Positions 9,996-18,640 of a DNA stretch of 64,000 nucleotides are shown here, in pieces. The stretch's first letter is position 1. Each line of letters begins with the position of its first letter. The notes below the pieces were generated by a model. The model made no database searches and was not told the DNA's origin. It saw only the letters and a program-made list of their open reading frames with translations. A program made the translations under genes and the position numbers. This DNA is from Ignavibacteria bacterium (GTDB taxonomy: Bacteria > Bacteroidota > Ignavibacteria > UBA10030 > SZUA-254): the NCBI GenBank assembly GCA_016178595.1, contig JACOSY010000014.1:4256-68255 (forward strand), written 5' to 3'.

Positions 9996-10145
9996 ATGAT
10001 TGAACAGACAATTTCACACTACGAACTCACCCTGTGGTCCCTCTCTAAAATTAGAGAGGGACGAAATGGCTTCGCCAGCGCCTCCCCTTCTCTAAGTTTA
10101 GAGAAGGGGAATGAGGGGATGAGTTCCGACGAAAGGACAGCATGA
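9996..10145 (+). CDS. Putative leader mini-ORF (49 aa) mimicking the kinase N-terminus, ATGA-coupled to kinase 1
   Basis: RBS AAGAGG. Begins MIEQTISHYEL (compare kinase MIGQTISHYKIL). Runs through two perfect palindromes. Its TGA stop overlaps the kinase ATG (gcATGAtc). Confidence 0.3.
   Translation: MIEQTISHYELTLWSLSKIREGRNGFASASPSLSLEKGNEGMSSDERTA
10030..10141. repeat. Palindromic repeat element type B (two 10-12 bp perfect hairpins), copy 1
   Basis: tccctctctaaaat/tagagaggga and ccccttctcta..tagagaagggg. Homologous to copies at 25044-25200 and 17843-17934. Confidence 0.7.
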
Positions 10146-12835
10146 TCGGTCAGACTATCTCCCACTATAAGATCCTCGAGAAGCTCGGCGAGGGCGGAAT
10201 GGGCATCGTCTACAAAGCCGAGGACACCAAACTTGATCGCATGGTTGCACTCAAGTTCCTCCCATCTCATCTCGCTGCATCGGAACAGGATAAAGCTCGC
10301 TTCATTCAAGAAGCGAAAGCAGCGGCTGCTCTGAACCATCCCAATGTATGCTCCATCATTGACATCCAGGAACATGATGGACAGATGTTCATCGTGATGG
10401 AGTTTGTGGACGGACAAACACTGAGAGAGAAAAAGGAGGCGATCAGCTTCAAGCAAGCAATCGATATTGGTATCCAGATTGCAGACGGTTTGGCTGCCGC
10501 TCATGAAAAAGGCATTGTCCACAGGGACATCAAACCGGAAAACATTATGGTGCGTAGAGATGGGATTTGCCAGGTCATGGATTTTGGTCTGGCAAAACTC
10601 CGGAATGCTTCGAGCAAAATTAACCGGTTGACAAAGGAAGGTAGCACGGTTGGAACTGCCGGTTACATGTCACCCGAGCAGGTGCAGGGACAGGATACTG
10701 ATCATCGATCGGATATTTTTTCTCTCGGTGTGCTGCTGTATGAGTTATTTACAGGTCAGCTTCCCTTCAAAGGAGTTCATGAAACGGCACTCTTGTACGA
10801 GATTGTGAATGTCGATGCGCCACCGATGTCTGCCGTTAAGCCGGAGATTGATCCGAGTCTGGACGCAATTGTTCTCGAATGTTTGGCAAAAGAACCGAGT
10901 GAGCGGTACCAATCAGTGGCAGAAGTAGGAAAAGAACTGCGAAGATTCAAACGTGAATCAAGCCGCTCACGCGTGAGCCGCGTGACCTCAGTTCGTGATG
11001 TGTACAAAAGCTCAACCGGAAATGTTCAAACTCCTTCTCCACAATTTTCCATATCGGAACCTTTGCCCGAGAAAAAATCGCGTTTGATCATCTGGTTATC
11101 GACAACAATACTCTTTGTTCTTTCGACTGCAGCATTGGCTTTTTTGTATTTGCGGGAATCTTCAAAAGAAATAAGCCCTGTTCGCTTTACCCTCTCGCCT
11201 CCGGCGAAAGGCGTCTTTGAAGGTTATGCGCCGGTCATCTCGCCCAGCGGACAGCTGCTCGCATTTGTTGCGAGGGATTCTTCCGGCAAGTCGATGATAT
11301 GGATTCGTCCCCTTGCGTTTCTTCGTTCTGAACCTCTTCCGGGAACCGATAATGCGACGTATCCTTTTTGGTCTCCCGATAGCCGCTTTCTCGGCTTCTT
11401 CCAAGGTGGCAAGCTGAAGAAGATCGAGGTCAATGGCGGGCCGGCACAAACTGTTGCCGATGCACCGGATGGCAGAGGCGGTTCGTGGAGCAACTCAGGG
11501 ATAATTATTTTTGCGCCGAGTTATGGAACCGGACTTGTCCAGGTTCCGGAATCAGGCGGCAAGCTAATAGAATTGACAACTCTTGACACGTCTCGCAGAG
11601 AAGAAACTCATCGCTTTCCTAATTTTTTGCCTGACGGTCAGCATTTTACCTATCTCAGTCGCAGTACTGAAGACGAAAAAACAGGTGCCTATCTCGGTTC
11701 ACTCGACGGAAAAGTCCATACGTTGCTTCTTCCTAATAAGTCCAACGTCATGTTTGCTGCCCCTGGCTATTTGCTCTTCATACGGGAGAGATCGCTCATG
11801 GCACAACCATTCAATGCAGACAAGGGTGAATTCCGAGGCGACGCGTTTCCGATTGCTCAGGACGTGGGAAGCAACACGCGCGGCAACGGCTTTTTTTCGT
11901 CTTCGGCAAATGGTGTCCTTGTTTTTGTCGGCGGTGGAGGGGCGAGCGGTGAGAGACAATTTGCGTGGTATGATCGTACCGGAAAGCGTCTTGAGAAAGT
12001 GGGCTCGCCCGGAAATCTCGGTGATATGGCACTCTCTCCGGATGAAAAGCGCGTCGTGTTTCGCCGCATCGATCCACAAACCAGCAATCAAGATCTCTGG
12101 ATTCTTGATCTCCTGCGCCGCACCGAGTCCCGGTTTACATTTCGTCCTGCCACGGACGACGATCCGGTATGGTCTCCTGACGGCAGCAAAATTGTTTTTG
12201 ATTCGAACCCTGATGGAGTACCGAATCCGTTCGAAAAGATAGCCACAGGAGCAGGAACTGAACAGCTCCTCTGGAAATTTTCCAGCTCTACCATTCCATA
12301 CGATTGGTCTTCAGACGGACGCTACATTCTTCTAAGACAAGAAAATCGCGATACAAAGAGTGATTTATGGGCTTTACCTCTCTTCGGGGAAAAGAAACCC
12401 TTCCCTGTTCTCCAAACGGAAGCTTCAGAAGATGTTGGGCGCTTCTCTCCCGATGGACGGTGGATTGCCTATGAGTCGGATGAGTCCGGGAAATCTGAGG
12501 TGTACATTCAGGCATTTCCTGCAAGTCAGGGGAAATGGCAGGTGTCAGTCAATGGTGGTGGGGCGCCGCTGTGGAGCAAAGATGGTAAGGAAATCTTTTA
12601 CCTTGCACCGGATAAGAGATTGATGGTCGTCGATGTCAAGCTCCTGGGTACCTCGATCGAACAAGGAATTCCTAAACCACTCTTTGATACTTTTGTTGAT
12701 AATTATGATGCACCCAACCGTTATGCCGTTTCCAGAGATGGGAAGCGGTTTCTTGTCAATAACTCGACCGATAGTGACAGCTCAAAACCAATTATGGTAG
12801 TGTTGAACTGGACGGCGGAGGTAACGAAGAAATGA
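10142..12835 (+). CDS. Ser/Thr protein kinase with TM segment and C-terminal TolB-like (PD40/WD40-like) beta-propeller
   Basis: Hanks kinase motifs (GxGxxG, VALK, HRDIKPEN, DFG, SPE). Hydrophobic TM at ~aa 310. Repeated SPDG/PD40 motifs in the C-terminal half. Confidence 0.9.
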   Translation: MIGQTISHYKILEKLGEGGMGIVYKAEDTKLDRMVALKFLPSHLAASEQDKARFIQEAKAAAALNHPNVCSIIDIQEHDGQMFIVMEFVDGQTLREKKEAISFKQAIDIGIQIADGLAAAHEKGIVHRDIKPENIMVRRDGICQVMDFGLAKLRNASSKINRLTKEGSTVGTAGYMSPEQVQGQDTDHRSDIFSLGVLLYELFTGQLPFKGVHETALLYEIVNVDAPPMSAVKPEIDPSLDAIVLECLAKEPSERYQSVAEVGKELRRFKRESSRSRVSRVTSVRDVYKSSTGNVQTPSPQFSISEPLPEKKSRLIIWLSTTILFVLSTAALAFLYLRESSKEISPVRFTLSPPAKGVFEGYAPVISPSGQLLAFVARDSSGKSMIWIRPLAFLRSEPLPGTDNATYPFWSPDSRFLGFFQGGKLKKIEVNGGPAQTVADAPDGRGGSWSNSGIIIFAPSYGTGLVQVPESGGKLIELTTLDTSRREETHRFPNFLPDGQHFTYLSRSTEDEKTGAYLGSLDGKVHTLLLPNKSNVMFAAPGYLLFIRERSLMAQPFNADKGEFRGDAFPIAQDVGSNTRGNGFFSSSANGVLVFVGGGGASGERQFAWYDRTGKRLEKVGSPGNLGDMALSPDEKRVVFRRIDPQTSNQDLWILDLLRRTESRFTFRPATDDDPVWSPDGSKIVFDSNPDGVPNPFEKIATGAGTEQLLWKFSSSTIPYDWSSDGRYILLRQENRDTKSDLWALPLFGEKKPFPVLQTEASEDVGRFSPDGRWIAYESDESGKSEVYIQAFPASQGKWQVSVNGGGAPLWSKDGKEIFYLAPDKRLMVVDVKLLGTSIEQGIPKPLFDTFVDNYDAPNRYAVSRDGKRFLVNNSTDSDSSKPIMVVLNWTAEVTKK

Positions 12836-12936
12836 TCGGTCAAATCCCAAAACTGCCCGCGAGTGTTCTTCAACGAGTGGCTACAGTTTTGCGGATCCCG
12901 ACGTTTTTTGTCGGGACCCATGGGAGTTCTTTATGA
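12832..12936 (+). CDS. Linker mini-ORF (34 aa, MIGQIPKL...) ATGA-overlapping both kinase 1 stop and kinase 2 start
   Basis: Its ATG overlaps the kinase-1 TGA and its TGA overlaps the kinase-2 ATG. It encodes through the type A two-hairpin element. Confidence 0.3.
   Translation: MIGQIPKLPASVLQRVATVLRIPTFFVGTHGSSL
12846..12932. repeat. Two-hairpin spacer element type A, copy 1
   Basis: Stem caaaactg...cagttttg plus stem cccgac..gtcggg. Homologous (~75%) to 17748-17827 with compensatory changes in both stems. Confidence 0.6.
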
Positions 12937-15305
12937 TAGGACAAACAATATCCCACTATAAGATCCTCGAGAAGCTCGGCGAGGGCGGGATGGGCATCGT
13001 CTACAAAGCCCAGGATACCAAGCTTGATCGTATTGTCGCGCTAAAGTTTCTTCCTCACAATCTCACCGCGAACGAAGCGGAAAAATCCCGCTTTGTACAA
13101 GAGGCACGGGCTGCAGCCATCCTCAACCATCCGCACGTCTGTACTATTTATCGTATCGATGAATATAACGGTCAACAATTCATTGAGATGGAATATGTCG
13201 ATGGTGAAACCCTGCGGCGGAAAGTTCCGATCCAAAAGATTGAGGAAGCGTTACGCTGTGCGATTCAGATCGGAGAAGCGTTGCAAGAAGCCCACAGCAA
13301 AGGGATCGTTCACCGCGACATCAAGTGCGAAAACATTATGGTGAACTCGAAGAACCAGATTAAAGTAATGGACTTCGGTCTCGCGAAACTCAAAGGCTCT
13401 ATGAAACTGACACGGACCTCAAGCACGGTCGGTACGCTCGCCTACATGGCGCCGGAACAAATCCAAGGCGGAGAGGTGGATGCACGGTCCGATATCTTTT
13501 CGTATGGCGTTGTTATCTTTGAAATGTTCACAGGGCACACGCCGTTCCGTGGAGAGCACGAGGCGTCGATGATGTATTCCATAATGAACGAAGATCCTGA
13601 ACAACTCGTGAAGTACAGACCCGAACTATCGACCGATATCCAGCGCATTATTAACCGCGCATTGGAAAAAGATCCGGAAGATCGGTATCAACATGCCGAT
13701 GATATGGTGAGTGAATTGCGTCGTGTTCAAAAACAATCGGGGCGCGTAACACGAACAATGCAGATTGAGTCGTCTCCAACGATGCCGGCAACGACAAAGG
13801 ATCAACAAAGTGATCGCGAAAGCGTTCCGCGACTGAAATCAAAGATAAAACTTATTATCGGAATGATCTCGGTAGCGGTGATCATCGGTGTCGCTGCGCT
13901 GTATTTTCTGTTCAACAAGCAGAAGGCAATAGATTCCTTAGCTATTCTGCCATTTGAAGATGTTAGTGCAGCACCTGAACAAGAGTATCTTGCCGATGGC
14001 GTGACGGAAAGTATCATCAACAATCTTACGAAGATCTCTTCACTGAGAGTTGTTCCCCGCAGTACGGTCTTTCGTTTCAAAGGGAAGGATATGGATCTTC
14101 AGGATATCGGTTCAAAGCTCAAAGTCAATGCAATATTGACGGGAAGAATCACACACAGAGGTCAGTCGCTTGAAGTTCAAGTCGACCTGATCGATGTTGA
14201 TCGTCAATCGCAATTGTGGGGTAATCGTTATGTATCGACTGCAAGCGATTTGCTGACACTCCAGGAGAGCATTACAAAAGATGTTTCATCGAAACTCGGA
14301 ATTGGGTTTTCCTCGGAAACTCAAGAAAAACTTGCGAAGCGCTACACGGACAACACACAGGCGTATCAACTATACATGCAAGGGCGTTACTACTGGAATA
14401 AACGCACTGCGGCGGCACTCGAACGTGCCATTAGTTATTTCAATCAAGCCATTGCGCTCGACTCTACCTTTGCTCTTGCGTATAGTGGATTAGCCGATAG
14501 CTACATCATTCAGTCACAGTACGCCGGGATACCCACAGGCATTACTCTTCCATTGACGCAAAGGGCTGTACGGCGAGCGTTGGAACTGGACAATTCTCTT
14601 GCCGAGGCGCATACAACGCTTGCGTTCAGTTATTTTGAGCAGTGGAAGTATGAGGATGCGGAGCGCGAGTTCAAACAATCCATCGCGTTGAACCCCCGGT
14701 ATGCGACAACATATCACTGGTATGGCATTATGCTCGGCAGAACCGGCAATCCCGATCGCTATCTTGCCGTTATCAAGCAAGCACTAGAGATTGATCCGTA
14801 CTCCCCTATCATCACGCTCAATATGGGGGTGGCAAATTTGCTTTTGAAACAGTATGACGAAGCGTTGAGCTATTTCAAAAAGTGTGTGGAGATTGATCCC
14901 TCCTTTGCCGTTGGATACGGCTGGATGGGACTTACGTATGAACGAATGAAAAACTATCGTGACGCGCTATCACCGCTGCAAAAAGCCGTTGAGTTATCCG
15001 GTCGCTCGAGTGAATGCTTATCATATATCGGGTATTTTTATGGACGTGTCGGAAAAAGAGATGAGGCGCTCAAGCTTATCAAGGAAAATGAGGATCGCTA
15101 TCACGCAGGCACCGGCGCCGCCTATAGCATCGCTCGCATCTATGCAGGATTGGGTGAGAAGGAAAAGGTTCTGGAATTATTGGAGCAAGACTACCGCGAT
15201 CATAGTACATGGATTAATTCTCTCGGCAGCGATTACGTGTGGGATGATGTCCGCAGCGATCCCCGGTTTGTTGAGTTGACGAAGAAGGTAGGTTTGGTGA
15301 AATGA
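12933..15305 (+). CDS. Ser/Thr protein kinase with TM, juxtamembrane ectodomain module and C-terminal TPR repeats
   Basis: Kinase motifs as above. TM at ~aa 300. Conserved LAILPFEDVS...EYLADGVTESII module, then TPR-like repeats. Confidence 0.9.
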   Translation: MIGQTISHYKILEKLGEGGMGIVYKAQDTKLDRIVALKFLPHNLTANEAEKSRFVQEARAAAILNHPHVCTIYRIDEYNGQQFIEMEYVDGETLRRKVPIQKIEEALRCAIQIGEALQEAHSKGIVHRDIKCENIMVNSKNQIKVMDFGLAKLKGSMKLTRTSSTVGTLAYMAPEQIQGGEVDARSDIFSYGVVIFEMFTGHTPFRGEHEASMMYSIMNEDPEQLVKYRPELSTDIQRIINRALEKDPEDRYQHADDMVSELRRVQKQSGRVTRTMQIESSPTMPATTKDQQSDRESVPRLKSKIKLIIGMISVAVIIGVAALYFLFNKQKAIDSLAILPFEDVSAAPEQEYLADGVTESIINNLTKISSLRVVPRSTVFRFKGKDMDLQDIGSKLKVNAILTGRITHRGQSLEVQVDLIDVDRQSQLWGNRYVSTASDLLTLQESITKDVSSKLGIGFSSETQEKLAKRYTDNTQAYQLYMQGRYYWNKRTAAALERAISYFNQAIALDSTFALAYSGLADSYIIQSQYAGIPTGITLPLTQRAVRRALELDNSLAEAHTTLAFSYFEQWKYEDAEREFKQSIALNPRYATTYHWYGIMLGRTGNPDRYLAVIKQALEIDPYSPIITLNMGVANLLLKQYDEALSYFKKCVEIDPSFAVGYGWMGLTYERMKNYRDALSPLQKAVELSGRSSECLSYIGYFYGRVGKRDEALKLIKENEDRYHAGTGAAYSIARIYAGLGEKEKVLELLEQDYRDHSTWINSLGSDYVWDDVRSDPRFVELTKKVGLVK

Positions 15306-15396
15306 TCGGACAGATAATTTTTAAATTGACTCATTGTCCCATTGATTCATTTATCCAATGTGTTCAATGAGCAAATGAGAAAATGAAAACATTATC

Positions 15397-17736
15397 ATGA
15401 TCGGTCAAACGATATCACATTACAAGATTCTCGAAAAGCTCGGCGAAGGCGGGATGGGCATCGTGTACAAAGCCCACGATGAAAAACTTGATCGCATGGT
15501 TGCCCTGAAGTTTCTCCCTGCGACTGTCGTCTCATCGCAGGACGAGGCTGTGCGTTTCGAGCGGGAGGCAAAGGCAATCTCCGCTCTCAATCATCCCGGC
15601 ATTGCTACTATCCATGACATTGATGAAACCGACGGGAAGAAATTTCTCGTTTTGGAGTACATCTCCGGGGGCACGCTGAAATCAAAACTCAAAAAGCTTA
15701 AGTCTGATGATAAAGAGTTTACGGTTGCGGAGGTGATCGACTACGGCATCCAGATGGCTGAAGGACTGGGCCACGCCCACAGGCATCAGATCGTCCATCG
15801 CGATGTCAAGAGCGACAACGTGATGCTGACCGAAGAAGGCAAAGTGAAAATCACCGACTTCGGTCTGGCGAAACTCCGGAGCACAACGCATCTGACAAGG
15901 ACAGGCAGTACGATCGGCACACTTGCGTACATGGCACCTGAGCAATTGCGGGGCGAGGAAATCGATCATCGTGCCGACTTGTTTTCACTCGGTGTTGTCC
16001 TCTACGAAATGGCAACTTCGCGTCTTCCCTTCCGGGGCGAGCATGAAGCGGCGTTGACGTATTCGATTGCGAATGAGGATCCGGCTCCTGTGAAGTCACT
16101 TCGGCCGAATCTGCCGCCGGTGCTGGAACAGGTCATCACGAAATGTCTGCAGAAGGACAGAGCACTTCGCTACCAGAGCGCAGATGAGATTGTTGCTGAC
16201 TTGCGCACATTGCAGCACGAAACGACAGGCACGGTGAAAACCGTCGTCGTGAAGCAACAATCGAAACTTCAATGGATGATTGCGTCGGCGCTTGTAGTGG
16301 TTGTCGCTGTCGCACTCTATCTCCTCATGCCATCATCACATCCCACATCGACAAATAGTAAAACGATCGCCGTTCTGCCGTTTGTCAATATGAGCGGCGA
16401 CCCGCAGGACGAGTATTTCAGTGATGGAATGACGGAAGACATTCTGACACAACTTTCCAAGATCGCCGATTTGAAAGTTATCTCCCGCACCTCGGTGATG
16501 AAATATAAACATACAGAGAAATCAATACGGGAGATCGGGAATGATCTCAATGCCGGCGTAGTGCTTGAAGGGAGCGTGCGACGAGCTGAAAATCAAATAC
16601 GCATCACTGCGCAGTTGATCGACGCCAGCACTGATGAGCACCTCTGGGCAGAAAGCTACGACAAGGAGTTCAAACAGATTTTCGCGGTCCAGAGTGATGT
16701 CGCACAACGGGTTGCAGATGCGCTCAAGATTCAATTGATGGGTGACGAAAAGCGATCGGTCGAAAAAGAGGCAACGCAGAACCTCGAAGCCTATAATCTC
16801 TATCTTAAAGGACGCTACTTCCTGGGCAAGAGGACCGAAGACGGGCTGAAGAAGGCGATAGAATTTTTCCAACAAGCGGTCGAGAAAGATACTGCGTACG
16901 CAATTGCTTATGCCGGACTCGCAGATTCGTATACCCTGCTTGCGCTGCTGGAATTTCTTCCTCCTCGAGAGGCATTTCCGAAAGCAAAAGCTGCTGCCGA
17001 AAAAGCAATTATGATTGATCCATCGATCGCAGAGGCGCACGCTTCATTAGGGGTCGTGAGATTTCAGTACGATTGGGATTGGCCCGCGGCTGAACAAGAA
17101 TATACTCGCGCAATTGCACTGAAGAAAAATTATGGAACAGCACACCACTACTATGCCGACTTTCTGAAAGGTATGGGTCGCTTCGATCAAGCACTCTCCG
17201 AAATTAAGAAAGCCCAGGAGCTCGATCCACTCTCGCTGGCAATTAACACCGGCCTCGGTCACGTCCTCTATTTGTCCCGGCACTACGATCAAGCGATCGA
17301 GCAATATCGACGAACCCTGGAAATGGATCCCAATTTCCTGCAGGCAAGGCTCTGGTTTGGCAGACCCTATCTGCAAAAGAAGATGTACAAAGAAGCGATT
17401 TCTGAATTACAGGCGGCTGTACAACTGTCTGGCAACAGTACAATCGCATGTGCCATGCTCGGACACGCGTACGCTGCTGCGGGAAACAAAAAAGAAGCTT
17501 TGAAAATGCTCGATGAGTTGACAAAAAGATCCGAGCATCAGTATGTTCCCTCATATTGGATTGGAATGATCTACATTGGCTTCGGCGATAAGGACAAAGC
17601 CTTTGCCTGGCTTGATAAGGCATACGATGAGCGATCTGCCTGGTTGGCGTGGCTCAAAGTGGAGCCGAGATTTGATACTTTGCGCTCAGACCAGCGCTTC
17701 ACGACACTTTTAAAGAAGATGGGACTGGAACAATGA
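15397..17736 (+). CDS. Ser/Thr protein kinase with TM, juxtamembrane module and C-terminal TPR repeats (paralog)
   Basis: Same architecture as 12933-15305. IAVLPFVNMSGDPQDEYFSDGMTEDIL module plus TPR repeats. Confidence 0.9.
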   Translation: MIGQTISHYKILEKLGEGGMGIVYKAHDEKLDRMVALKFLPATVVSSQDEAVRFEREAKAISALNHPGIATIHDIDETDGKKFLVLEYISGGTLKSKLKKLKSDDKEFTVAEVIDYGIQMAEGLGHAHRHQIVHRDVKSDNVMLTEEGKVKITDFGLAKLRSTTHLTRTGSTIGTLAYMAPEQLRGEEIDHRADLFSLGVVLYEMATSRLPFRGEHEAALTYSIANEDPAPVKSLRPNLPPVLEQVITKCLQKDRALRYQSADEIVADLRTLQHETTGTVKTVVVKQQSKLQWMIASALVVVVAVALYLLMPSSHPTSTNSKTIAVLPFVNMSGDPQDEYFSDGMTEDILTQLSKIADLKVISRTSVMKYKHTEKSIREIGNDLNAGVVLEGSVRRAENQIRITAQLIDASTDEHLWAESYDKEFKQIFAVQSDVAQRVADALKIQLMGDEKRSVEKEATQNLEAYNLYLKGRYFLGKRTEDGLKKAIEFFQQAVEKDTAYAIAYAGLADSYTLLALLEFLPPREAFPKAKAAAEKAIMIDPSIAEAHASLGVVRFQYDWDWPAAEQEYTRAIALKKNYGTAHHYYADFLKGMGRFDQALSEIKKAQELDPLSLAINTGLGHVLYLSRHYDQAIEQYRRTLEMDPNFLQARLWFGRPYLQKKMYKEAISELQAAVQLSGNSTIACAMLGHAYAAAGNKKEALKMLDELTKRSEHQYVPSYWIGMIYIGFGDKDKAFAWLDKAYDERSAWLAWLKVEPRFDTLRSDQRFTTLLKKMGLEQ

Positions 17737-17747
17737 TCGGATAAATT

Positions 17748-17827
17748 CCAAAACTCCCCACGAACGAAGTGAGTGGATGGAGTTTTGAGAATCCCGCTGT
17801 TCTTTAGCGGGACCTAATGGAGACTTG
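17748..17827. repeat. Two-hairpin spacer element type A, copy 2
   Basis: caaaactcc...ggagttttg and tcccgc..gcggga stems. Flanked by ATGATCGG kinase-start-like motifs. Confidence 0.6.
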
Positions 17828-17842
17828 ATGATCGGACAAATA

Positions 17843-17934
17843 ATTTCACACATACCCTCACCCTATAATCCCTCTCCCAAATTGGGAGAGGGATGTCACG
17901 AAGTGACAGGGAGAGGGTCAACAAGGGCAAGGCT
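17843..17934. repeat. Palindromic repeat element type B variant
   Basis: tccctctcccaaat/tgggagaggga perfect palindrome plus tgtcac-gaa-gtgaca. Preceded by ATGATCGGACAAATAATTTCACAC. Confidence 0.55.
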
Positions 17935-18236
17935 ATGATTGGGACGACCGTTTCTCACTACAAGATACTTGAGAAGCTGGATGAGGCGCCATGGGCGTAG
18001 TCTACAAAGCCGAAAACACCAAGCTCGATTGGATTGTTGCCATCAAGTTTTTTTCTAAGCGACTTTCCGCCCACGGAGAGAAGCATGAGTTGCTTGATTT
18101 TGACGCTCATGGCCGGGTGACCCTCACTGATGTGACTGCAGATGGCAGTCGGTTCTTGATTTCCAACTCTCCTGCCGGACTGGTTCAACCGATCACGATG
18201 GTGACAAATTGGGACAAGGAGTTGAAGAAGAAATGA
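17935..18236 (+). pseudogene. Ser/Thr kinase paralog remnant: internally deleted and frameshifted
   Basis: MIGTTVSHYKILEKL then a -1 frameshift versus paralogs (gagggcgg to gagg-cgcc). The kinase N-terminus (~35 aa) is joined directly to a TolB-type C-terminal tail (QPITMVTNWDKELKKK, compare the kinase-1 end PIMVVLNWTAEVTKK). Confidence 0.7.
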
Positions 18237-18246
18237 GGAACGTGCT

Positions 18247-18594
18247 ATGATGCATTTCGGACAAACATTGTCAACGATCGTCGAACAGTCGGAACGACTA
18301 AAGGAAGTCTACAAGACCAGCTTGCATCCCGGCGATTGTCTCGTCGTCAAGACGTGCAATTCGGTCTACACTATTCGGGCATTGGAGGACGGTTCTTTTA
18401 CTGCTTCAGGCGGTTGGTTCGATCGCAAGGGCAAGTCCCCGATGAAAGTACGGATCAATGGATGTACGTGGGGTGGAAGTGCCATCAAAATCAATATCGC
18501 GGCGGCAGCGGGATTATGTTTGGAGTTTGGCAACAGGGTCAGGACGAGCCCCATCCGGCATATTGTGATATTTCCAAACGGAAGCATTAATTGA
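18247..18594 (+). CDS. Hypothetical protein (115 aa) upstream of Y-family polymerase
   Basis: ORF with plausible composition. No recognised family. Confidence 0.4.
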   Translation: MMHFGQTLSTIVEQSERLKEVYKTSLHPGDCLVVKTCNSVYTIRALEDGSFTASGGWFDRKGKSPMKVRINGCTWGGSAIKINIAAAAGLCLEFGNRVRTSPIRHIVIFPNGSIN

Positions 18595-18640
18595 TTGCAT
18601 CGCCAAGATTGGATGAACACCGGGGGGCGGAAGTTCTGCG

